NCBI RefSeq assembly: GCF_000146505.1 | Contig: NC_017448.1 | Coordinates: 2,910,001-2,942,000, forward strand | DNA: 32,000 nucleotides | Reading direction: 5' to 3' | From: Fibrobacter succinogenes subsp. succinogenes S85 | GTDB lineage: Bacteria > Fibrobacterota > Fibrobacteria > Fibrobacterales > Fibrobacteraceae | Part shown: positions 16,731 to 24,114 of the stretch, in pieces | Position numbering within the stretch: the stretch's first letter is position 1 | Layout: each line of letters opens with the position of its first letter | The notes under the pieces: generated by a model | Database searches by the model: none | Told to the model about the DNA's origin: nothing | The model's input: the letters and a program-made list of their open reading frames with translations, nothing else | Translations under genes and position numbers: made by a program

Positions 16731-18117
16731 ACAAGTTTATCTAAAGTTGTCGCGTAATTGCGTTGCGTGCGTGATGTCGCTTGCGTTTTCGTTGTCGTTC
16801 CAGGCTTGCTCGGATAGCGATGATGTGGCCGGTGGAGTGACCGATATCGGAAATTCAATTGCGGATTTGTCTGATACGCTGAGGTATTCCGGTGTAGTGC
16901 AGGACTTGCAGGGGCGTGCTGTTCCTGCTGCGCGTGTCGTTGCCTACTTGGATAATTCGAAAGAAATTGTGGATTCGCTTGAAACGGTCGCTGATTCTAC
17001 AGGGTTCTTTAAGCTAGGTCCGATTCCAAGGATCTCGGCGAAAGGATCTCCGCGTTTTTATGCGGAATCCAAAGGGCTGTCCGGTTTGCGTGGCGATGGA
17101 CTCTCTGACGTAAGGTTGGATACGATTTGCATTGCTGCGCACAAAACTTTAAGTGGAAAAATTGCCGACGCGACTTCTGGTTATGTGCGTATTCCGGGAA
17201 CGCATTTGCGTTCTCTTATCAGTGAAGATGGTTCGTTTGCATTTGATTCTATCCCGGCGGGCTATAGAATGGACCTTGTGTACATGCAGAATGATTCGGC
17301 TATCGCTCAGTTCGAATTCACGGCACTGGAATCAAAGGATTCGCTTAAGTTGCCTGAACTTTCGGTCAATGGGGAATGGCTTACGAGCGGTGATATGCCT
17401 GTTATTGCGGAATACTATAGTTTCCATTATTACCTTCCGTATGATTATCCAGAAAATCTCCCGAATGGGTATGGCGACCCGGAAATTGAAGTTTATCTCG
17501 GCATGAACCGCGATATCAATGTGCTCAACCATGATTCTTCTGTTGCGGAAAACGTAAACTATGTAGATGGTTTGAGCGGCAAGGCGGTGCTTTTGGAACC
17601 GGGACAATTTATCGACTTGGATACGCTTAATCCAACGGGCGGCGACTTTACACTTTCGCTTTGGACCAAGTGGAATGGCCCCAACGGCGAACACCAGGTG
17701 TTGTTTTGCCAGCGAGCTTATTGGAGTGATTCTACATCGCGATTCCAGTGGCATTATGAGGTGAAGAGTGGAACGTTTGCCGTAATGAAGGGTATGCCGG
17801 ACTACCCTGGGGCAGTGTATTTCGGGGATTCGACATCCGTGCCTGTCGGGGAGTGGGCTTTCCTTGTGCTCGTTTCCAAGAATCACATGGTGAGCATGTA
17901 TGTGAACGGTAAAGCGGTAGCAATTGCGGGTTCCGATGGAACTGAATTTGCAGGGGAATTTGTGCCGAACGAGCTGAAACGCAGCGTTCCTTTCCGCATC
18001 GGTGGCGACGAAATTGGGACTGAAACTTGGAATGGTGTGATTGACGAAGTTCGCGTTGAATCCATCGCCCGCAGTCCTGAGTGGATTGAGGTCATGTATG
18101 AGCGGCTGAAGCCTTAA
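16720..18117 (+). CDS. Cassette 2 lipoprotein: two carboxypeptidase-regulatory-like repeats plus C-terminal LamG (Laminin_G_3) domain
   Basis: AGGAGG (16708-16713) lies 6 nt upstream. Signal MKNRQVYLKLSRNCVACVMSLAFSLSFQAC, followed by the acidic stretch SDSDD. Repeats: YSGVVQDLQGRAVPAARVVAYLD...STGFFKL and LSGKIADATSGYVRIPGTH...DGSFAFDSIPAGY. LamG: GGDFTLSLWTKWNG...GEWAFLVLVSKNHMVSMYVNGKAV...VPFRIGGDEIGTETWNGVIDEVRVES. Confidence 0.85.
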   Translation: MKNRQVYLKLSRNCVACVMSLAFSLSFQACSDSDDVAGGVTDIGNSIADLSDTLRYSGVVQDLQGRAVPAARVVAYLDNSKEIVDSLETVADSTGFFKLGPIPRISAKGSPRFYAESKGLSGLRGDGLSDVRLDTICIAAHKTLSGKIADATSGYVRIPGTHLRSLISEDGSFAFDSIPAGYRMDLVYMQNDSAIAQFEFTALESKDSLKLPELSVNGEWLTSGDMPVIAEYYSFHYYLPYDYPENLPNGYGDPEIEVYLGMNRDINVLNHDSSVAENVNYVDGLSGKAVLLEPGQFIDLDTLNPTGGDFTLSLWTKWNGPNGEHQVLFCQRAYWSDSTSRFQWHYEVKSGTFAVMKGMPDYPGAVYFGDSTSVPVGEWAFLVLVSKNHMVSMYVNGKAVAIAGSDGTEFAGEFVPNELKRSVPFRIGGDEIGTETWNGVIDEVRVESIARSPEWIEVMYERLKP

Positions 18118-18143
18118 AATGTGTTTCCAAAAATTATGTATTT

Positions 18144-18168
18144 TGTAAATTATATATAAAAATTTACA
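18144..18168. promoter_or_regulatory. Inverted repeat TGTAAATT-N9-AATTTACA upstream of cassette 3
   Basis: The 8-bp arms lie at 18144-18151 and 18161-18168, 37 nt upstream of ATG 18205. TATATTTG lies at 18192-18199. Confidence 0.35.
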
Positions 18169-18204
18169 TTGAAAAATTGATGATAATTGCTTATATTTGG
18201 AAAT

Positions 18205-19044
18205 ATGATAGATGTTTCCAAAATTAGTGTATTTATGTATTTTGATTACCGCGATTTTATTCGCGCTGTTTTGGAAACAATGCAGTCAAAGGGGCTTTCG
18301 CTCCGAGCGATTCAAGAAAATGCGGGAGTTTCTGGTTCTGCGTTTTTCAGCCGAATCCTAGATGGCTCGCGCCCGCTGTCCATTGCGAATGCGAAAAATA
18401 TCGCCAAGTCTTGGGGGCTTTCTGTTAATGAATCGGATTACTTTCTCGATTTGGTGCGCTTCGGTAACGAAAAGAATGTAGATGTACGCGAAGAATTGTT
18501 GCGAAAGCTCCTTGCGGTCCGTGCGAACAATCAGGAATTTGCTCTGCAGGATTCTTCGCTCAAGTTTTTCTCGAAATGGTACTATCCCGTGTTGCGCGAC
18601 TTGCTCCCTCTGCTTCCGCCAAATATGCCGGCGGAAAAAATTGGACGCATGTTTACGCCAGTGCTTCGCGCTCCTCAGGTGGAAAGTGGTATTCGCTATT
18701 TGATGGAATCGGGATTCGTTACGTTAGATGAAAATGGTGTATATCGTGTGGAACAGCCTATTGTTTCAACTCCGCCTCGCGTGCGTTCTACGATTTTACG
18801 CAAATACCATCTGAAAAATCTTGAAGTGAATAGTGAAGTTTATGATCTGTTCACTAGTGATGACCGCAGCGTTACGAGTGTTACGTGCAGCTTGTCTAAA
18901 GAAAGCTTTGAAAAAGTCCGCGAAGAAATTGCGAAACTTCGCGAAAAAATTCTTGCGTTATCTCGTGAAGAGAAAAATCCAGACCGTGTTTGCCATGTAG
19001 GGTTTCAGTTGGTGAACCGCGCCAAAGTCAAGGAGGTAAAGTAA
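18205..19044 (+). CDS. Cassette 3 TIGR02147-family protein (HTH, DUF4423-like)
   Basis: The ORF 18187..19044 begins with TTG. The first ATG is at 18205, with an alternative ATG at 18235. Motifs: YFDYRDFIRAVLE...LSLRAIQENAGVSGSAFFSRILDGSRPLS...DYFLDLVRFGN...FFSKWYYPVLRDLL...IRYLMESGFVTLDENGVYRV. The stop TAA (19042-19044) shares one base with the next ATG. Confidence 0.85.
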   Translation: MIDVSKISVFMYFDYRDFIRAVLETMQSKGLSLRAIQENAGVSGSAFFSRILDGSRPLSIANAKNIAKSWGLSVNESDYFLDLVRFGNEKNVDVREELLRKLLAVRANNQEFALQDSSLKFFSKWYYPVLRDLLPLLPPNMPAEKIGRMFTPVLRAPQVESGIRYLMESGFVTLDENGVYRVEQPIVSTPPRVRSTILRKYHLKNLEVNSEVYDLFTSDDRSVTSVTCSLSKESFEKVREEIAKLREKILALSREEKNPDRVCHVGFQLVNRAKVKEVK

Positions 19045-20270
19045 TGTACCTCCGTAATGTTTTTCGAAAACTGGTTTGGGTATTCCCTTTGGGTGTTGTG
19101 GCTTTTGTCGCAATCCTTTGTATTTCGATTGTTGGCTGTAGCGGAAATTCTGACATCGCAAACGGCACGGGTAGTAATGCTGGTGAAACTGAAATTGCAG
19201 GGATTATCACGGCGACAAATCATGGGAAACCTTTGGTGAATGCGCTTGCCCGTGTGTGGATTTTGGACGAAGACTCCATGCATGTGGCGTATGAAGATTC
19301 TTTGGATAACAATGGTGTTCTTGAAATTAGGTCCGCTGTTCTTGGTGAAAAAGCGCCTGTCCAGCTTTTGGAAACGCGTTCGGGCGACTCGTTATCTACA
19401 ATGCGCTGGGTCAATCTCGAACGTAGTCCCGAACAAACCCTTTCTATTGCGGCAAGTGAGACTCTTAAGGGTTCGATAACGAATAACGGTGTTGCAGTAG
19501 AAGGTGCAACTGTTTCCATTTTGGATAAGTCCGTCGTTACAGATGTAAACGGAAACTTTGAATTTAATGATTTGCCTGCGGGCGTGCATTATGCTTTTGT
19601 CGAAGGCTATTTTGGAAAGTTCTCGTACCAGATGGAAACCGGATTGAATGAAGGTGCGACAACGAACAACATTAATCTCGCAGATAGCATTTTTACGGTT
19701 GTCGAAGATTTTGAAAACTGGAAAAAACAGACATTTATCGGAAAAAGTTTTGGACAGGGCTGGTGGTTTATTTGCACAGACTCGTTGCAGGGTGGCGGAA
19801 GTCGTGCAAGCGCGGGTGTCGATAGTGAAAATCTTTTTGTTTCTGGCGATAGCGCCAAAAGTGGAAAAAGCTTGCACGTCTCATTTGATATAGATGAGAA
19901 AACTCCGGGGCATTATGGAGTTATCGGTTTTACGATTGGTGACGATTTTGATAAGGCAGAAATGTTTGCGTTCTATGATTTGCGTAAGGCGACTGCAATT
20001 TCGTTTGATGCCAGAGGTTCTGGAAAAATCTCGTTGCAGATAGCCAAACGCAGTGATAAAGGCGAACGTGAATATCACGAATCGTACTTTGTGACGCTTA
20101 CGGAAAAATGGGAACATTTCACGTTTACGGCAGATGATTTCGATACAGAACTTATTGCGGTCAATGCAATCAACATTCTCGTTATTGACGATACCGAAAT
20201 TTACCTTGACAATATCCGCTTTGACGGTATTTCGCCCAGTATGTGGCCGAGTCTCGGGATGCGTTTTTAA
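19044..20270 (+). CDS. Cassette 3 lipoprotein: carboxypeptidase-regulatory-like repeats plus C-terminal CBM11-like beta-sandwich
   Basis: From ORF 18990..20270, with the start moved to ATG 19044 (AGGAGG 19031-19036, 7 nt upstream). Signal and lipobox: MYLRNVFRKLVWVFPLGVVAFVAILCISIVGC. Repeats: IAGIITATNHGKPLVNALARVWILD and LKGSITNNGVAVEGATVSILDKSVVTDVNGNFEFNDLPAGVHY. C-terminal pattern: EDFENW...GGGS...LHVSFDID...ISFDARGSGKISLQI...WEHFTFTADDFD...IYLDNIRFDG. Confidence 0.8.
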   Translation: MYLRNVFRKLVWVFPLGVVAFVAILCISIVGCSGNSDIANGTGSNAGETEIAGIITATNHGKPLVNALARVWILDEDSMHVAYEDSLDNNGVLEIRSAVLGEKAPVQLLETRSGDSLSTMRWVNLERSPEQTLSIAASETLKGSITNNGVAVEGATVSILDKSVVTDVNGNFEFNDLPAGVHYAFVEGYFGKFSYQMETGLNEGATTNNINLADSIFTVVEDFENWKKQTFIGKSFGQGWWFICTDSLQGGGSRASAGVDSENLFVSGDSAKSGKSLHVSFDIDEKTPGHYGVIGFTIGDDFDKAEMFAFYDLRKATAISFDARGSGKISLQIAKRSDKGEREYHESYFVTLTEKWEHFTFTADDFDTELIAVNAINILVIDDTEIYLDNIRFDGISPSMWPSLGMRF

Positions 20271-20297
20271 AATTCTTTTTCACGTATAGGAGAGAGT

Positions 20298-22193
20298 ATG
20301 AAAAAGTCAAAAATGGCGATTGTCGCCTTGTGTGCGTTTGCCTTTGTGGGTAGCGCATTTGCAACAATTCAGCCCACGCGCGTAGGTCCCGTAAGTCAAT
20401 ACGGTGCTTTGCAAGCCGGCAAAAATTCCGCTGGCGAAGGCCGCATTTATGGAAGCGTGCAAGGCGTCAAAGATGGAGCCGAAGTTCAGGTGCGCGGAAT
20501 GAGCCTTACCTGGAGTATCTTTTGGCCAAACGGAATGTCGTTCTACGGCAATTCCTTTATTGATTCGCTTGTAGGCGAGTGGAATGTTGAACTTGTTCGC
20601 TCTGCAATGGGTTCCGTTGGAAATTGGGGACAAGGGAATTACAAGACTCGTCCTGAATATTATTCCGCACAAATGGACACGGTCGTACAGGCGGCTATCA
20701 GAAACGATGTTTATGTTTTGGTGGACTGGCACAGTGAAGGTGGCTATTATAATTGCATTCACAAGGGTGTAAAACCGAAGTACGAATTTAATGATAATAA
20801 GGCTTGCTTTACGGCAAGTGATGCCGCGAAATTCTTTGGAATCATGGCTCAGCGTTATGGCAAATACCCACATGTGATTTTTGAAATTTACAATGAACCT
20901 GTGAGTGAAAGTTGGAATGACCTCAAGGCTTATGCTGATACAGTCGTTCAGGAAATTCGTAAATATTCGGATAACTTAATTGTTGTAGGGACACCGATGT
21001 GGTCTTCTGCGGCTGGCGATGCTGTTGCAAATCCCGTCGTTGACAAGAATGTTGCTTACACGCATCATTTTTATGCCAATATGCATAACATCAATGAAAC
21101 ATCGACTAGCCAGAATGCAAGCCCGAACAAGGCTATTGCTGCGGGTCTCAGTGTTTTCGTGACCGAATGGGGCTGGGTTGAAAAAGATATCAACGATGCC
21201 AAGACCAAGGCGAATGCCGATGCGTTCCTGAAATGGGTTGACGAAAAGAAACTTTCTACCGCCAAATGGGATGTCGAAAAGCCGTATCTTGAAGATAATG
21301 ATGACGACAACTATATCAAGGCGAACGTTCTTCCGCAAAAGACGACTTACACAAAGAACCTTGATTGGGCTTCGCAAATTAACGATGATCTCCCGTTTGC
21401 TCTCAAGACGACATCGACAGATGCTACCGGAGAATGGAGCTTTATTACGGATGTGAGCGGTAGCGATGAACAGGGTGACCACGGTAATTCTAGTTTCGAA
21501 GATAACTCCGAAAACGGAATGGTCAAGATGGATAAAATCAAGCTTGATACGGTCGGCACTGCTTTTGACTATGCACCTTATGTGAATGCCGATTTTACTT
21601 TCAATTTTGATATTTCCAAGTGCAAAATGTTCAGCTACCGCTATAAAGGTACGAACCATCAATTTGTAGCCTATAGCGATTGGAATACGTCTACCGAAAT
21701 TCTCGGTCAGGGACTTTGGGATTATCCGTTTGTCGGCATGCCTTATTCTCCGGAATGGACAACCGCTTATGTGGATTTTGGCTGGATGGTCAATAATGGC
21801 TGGCAGGCTGATGTACCGACAATTTTCTCTACAAAGTTGACGACGGCGCTCCGCTTTAGTGTTACCAACGTTGCGTTTGGCGATTATCTCTGGATTGATA
21901 GTCTCAAGTGCGTCGAAGATGTGTCCAATTACACGGTTATGGAAATCCCGGACATTTTAAGTATCCCGACGGCGAGAATGGCTGCTCGCAATTTTGTTCG
22001 CGTGAATACTGACGGCTTGAATATCGTTGCGACGGGCGTTAAGAATGGAAGCCATTATTCGCTCTCCAATGTTCTTGGACAAACTTTGCGTGTGGGCGTG
22101 GCGAAAGCGGGCAATTTCTCGATGACTGCGCCGCGTGCTGGTCGCTACATTCTCCGCATTGGAAATTCTGTCTATCCGGTAACGGTAAAGTAA
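20298..22193 (+). CDS. Secreted GH5 endo-beta-1,4-glucanase with CBM-like module and T9SS-type C-terminal domain
   Basis: AGGAGAGAG upstream. Signal peptide MKKSKMAIVALCAFAFVGSAFA. GH5 blocks: VRGMSLTWSIFW, VYVLVDWHS, VIFEIYNEP (acid/base NEP), YTHHFYA, VFVTEWGW (nucleophile). Tail: HYSLSNVLGQTLRVGVAKAGNFSMTAPRAGRYILRIGN. The gene starts 27 nt after the cassette 3 lipoprotein, with no terminator between them. Confidence 0.85.
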   Translation: MKKSKMAIVALCAFAFVGSAFATIQPTRVGPVSQYGALQAGKNSAGEGRIYGSVQGVKDGAEVQVRGMSLTWSIFWPNGMSFYGNSFIDSLVGEWNVELVRSAMGSVGNWGQGNYKTRPEYYSAQMDTVVQAAIRNDVYVLVDWHSEGGYYNCIHKGVKPKYEFNDNKACFTASDAAKFFGIMAQRYGKYPHVIFEIYNEPVSESWNDLKAYADTVVQEIRKYSDNLIVVGTPMWSSAAGDAVANPVVDKNVAYTHHFYANMHNINETSTSQNASPNKAIAAGLSVFVTEWGWVEKDINDAKTKANADAFLKWVDEKKLSTAKWDVEKPYLEDNDDDNYIKANVLPQKTTYTKNLDWASQINDDLPFALKTTSTDATGEWSFITDVSGSDEQGDHGNSSFEDNSENGMVKMDKIKLDTVGTAFDYAPYVNADFTFNFDISKCKMFSYRYKGTNHQFVAYSDWNTSTEILGQGLWDYPFVGMPYSPEWTTAYVDFGWMVNNGWQADVPTIFSTKLTTALRFSVTNVAFGDYLWIDSLKCVEDVSNYTVMEIPDILSIPTARMAARNFVRVNTDGLNIVATGVKNGSHYSLSNVLGQTLRVGVAKAGNFSMTAPRAGRYILRIGNSVYPVTVK

Positions 22194-22214
22194 TATTCAT
22201 CTTTCTATCAAATC

Positions 22215-22274
22215 CTAAAATTGGCTTTGCCAATAAAAAGCACCCTAGAATTGACTTTGTCAATAAAAAGCACC
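22215..22274. repeat. Two tandem 30-bp repeats, each containing a 5-N3-5 palindrome
   Basis: Unit 1, 22215-22244: ctaaaaTTGGCtttGCCAAtaaaaagcacc. Unit 2, 22245-22274: ctagaaTTGACtttGTCAAtaaaaagcacc. There are three differences, and two of them are compensatory within the palindrome. Confidence 0.8.
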
Positions 22275-22300
22275 TCGACGTTTGCCGAGGTGCTTGATTA
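22264..22300. terminator. Bidirectional rho-independent terminator between the convergent GH5 and PL1 genes
   Basis: AGCACCTCG (22269-22277), an 8-nt loop, then CGAGGTGCT (22286-22294). It is flanked by AAAAA upstream and by TTGATTATTT downstream. Confidence 0.7.
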
Positions 22301-22319
22301 TTTGGATCGATGAGAACAG

Positions 22320-24077
22320 TTAAAATAAAATCCTGTATGGAATTTGCTTTTCGAAGCGGCGGCCTTTGAGGTCGTGGAACGTGTTCTTGCGCATTTGAGG
22401 CACGTTGCGGAATGTGTGGGCTTCTTGGAAAGCATCTCGAATTGCCGTTGTGGAATCTTGCGCCGTCTTGCTAGAGTCTTGAGCCGTTTCGCTGGAGTCT
22501 CGCGGCTGTTCCGGTGGCTCGCTTGCGTTTGCGGACTTTTCGACGAGTATTTCTACGCGGCCTGTGTATTCAGTGTTGTCGTTTCCTTTGACGGTGTACT
22601 TGAATGAGGCGAGTCCTTTGAAGTCTTTGTCGGGTGTGAATCGGGCGGTATAGCTGTCACCCGCGAGTTCCACGGTCCCGTTTTCTGCAGCCGATACGGT
22701 GTAAGACGGTTTTACTTCCTGGAACCCGCGAGTGATTGTACGCAGGTCAAAATCGAGCGTTCCGTTGCCTTCGACTTGTGCATGCATGGCACCGAGCCAG
22801 TTGATGTATTTTTCAATGCGGACGTAGCCGTCGCTTTCCTTGGTCATGGCGTCGTCTTTTGCGGTGTCATAGCCCATTGCTTCTTCGAAGTAGTCCGGCA
22901 TACCGTCTTTGTCGCTATCTGTGGCTGCTTTCCCGGCGATGACTTCACCCCAGCCGTTGTTTGTTTTGAGGCCCATAGCGCCTACGGATTTTACGAGCGC
23001 GCCTTCCTTGCCGAGCGTGCCGACCTGGTGCCAGATAAGCGAATCAATGTCGTCGTAGGGGAGGACGCCACTTTGCGAGGTCACGTAGCGCCAGGCGCTT
23101 GCCGCACTCATCATCGGGCCCTTTGTCGTGAGCTCGTTCCACGGATTTTTCAGTTCTTCGCCAGGTCCCTGGTAGTAATAAATGCTTGTTGGCCCGCCAT
23201 TGAGCACTCCGTCGCGGTTTTTGTCGATTAGGTTTCCGCTTGCGTAAATGCTTTGGTTTTTATCAACCTGAAACCACTCGTTTTTACCTTCAGGACCATA
23301 GACAAAGTAGTTGTTCACGATGTCGTGCTTGAATTTTGCACTAGTGTGTGTCGTGTAGCCCGCTTCGAAGTTGTAAAGGATGTTGTTGACGAAAATGTCG
23401 TTAATCTTGTCGAGCGGGTTTCTGTTGTGCGTATTCACGAAGGCGTTGTAGTACCACGCCCAAGTACCGTCAATGGATTCGATGTGGGCGCCGAACTGCT
23501 GGCCAATCGGGTTTGCAATGAGCGAATTCTGCACAGTGATGCCAGTGACACGGTAATCTGCGTTGTCCGAAGAGCCTCCGAAGTTATTCCACGGAGCAAG
23601 TTCTACCGAGCAATGGTCCACAATGACGTTTTTGGCATCGTAGAGGTTGAGCGCGTCGTCTTTGGTGCTTGCCGTATTTTCGCCCGGACGGATGCGCAAG
23701 TAACGGATGATGATATTGCTCTGCTTGCCTGTCGAAAGTTTTCCGCCGTGAATGGCGATCCCCTCGCCTGGGGCTGTCTGCCCGGCAATAGTGATGTTCG
23801 ACTTGATCGAAACGGCAGTTTTGATATTGATGATGCCGCCAACGTCAAAAACGACAATGCGGTTCCCTTGGCTAACCGCATCGCGGAATGAGCCTGCGCC
23901 GTCATCGTTCAAGTTTGTTACATGGTAAACGGTGCCTGCGCGGCCACCCGTAACGTTTGCGCCAAATCCCAGCGCTTCAGGAAACGCGAGCGGCTCGGCG
24001 CTTGCTTCTATACACCAAAACGATAAACAGAGCGCCGAAACCGCGAAATTTCGCTTAAAACCAAAAGAATATCCCAT
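22320..24077 (-). CDS. Secreted PL1-family pectate lyase with short basic C-terminal tail
   Basis: The ORF 22320..24083 begins with TTG. The first ATG is at 24077 (MGYSFGFKRNFAVSALCLSFWCIEASA). Catalytic block: FPEALGFGANVTGGRAGTVYHVTNLNDDGAGSFRDAVSQGNRIVVFDVGGIINI...ITIAGQTAPGEGIAIHG...IIIRYLRIRPG. Calcium-binding-type repeat: DSDKDGMPDYFEEAMGYD. Tail: RKNTFHDLKGRRFEKQIPYRILF. Confidence 0.8.
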   Translation of the reverse strand: MGYSFGFKRNFAVSALCLSFWCIEASAEPLAFPEALGFGANVTGGRAGTVYHVTNLNDDGAGSFRDAVSQGNRIVVFDVGGIINIKTAVSIKSNITIAGQTAPGEGIAIHGGKLSTGKQSNIIIRYLRIRPGENTASTKDDALNLYDAKNVIVDHCSVELAPWNNFGGSSDNADYRVTGITVQNSLIANPIGQQFGAHIESIDGTWAWYYNAFVNTHNRNPLDKINDIFVNNILYNFEAGYTTHTSAKFKHDIVNNYFVYGPEGKNEWFQVDKNQSIYASGNLIDKNRDGVLNGGPTSIYYYQGPGEELKNPWNELTTKGPMMSAASAWRYVTSQSGVLPYDDIDSLIWHQVGTLGKEGALVKSVGAMGLKTNNGWGEVIAGKAATDSDKDGMPDYFEEAMGYDTAKDDAMTKESDGYVRIEKYINWLGAMHAQVEGNGTLDFDLRTITRGFQEVKPSYTVSAAENGTVELAGDSYTARFTPDKDFKGLASFKYTVKGNDNTEYTGRVEILVEKSANASEPPEQPRDSSETAQDSSKTAQDSTTAIRDAFQEAHTFRNVPQMRKNTFHDLKGRRFEKQIPYRILF

Positions 24078-24114
24078 AAACAACCCCTATATTGCAATAT
24101 ACTGAAAAAATACC

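Noticed and set aside
20307-21662. Minus-strand ORFs 20307..20873 and 20976..21662
   Set aside because: They are antisense to the GH5 gene, which has its catalytic NEP and TEWG motifs on the plus strand.
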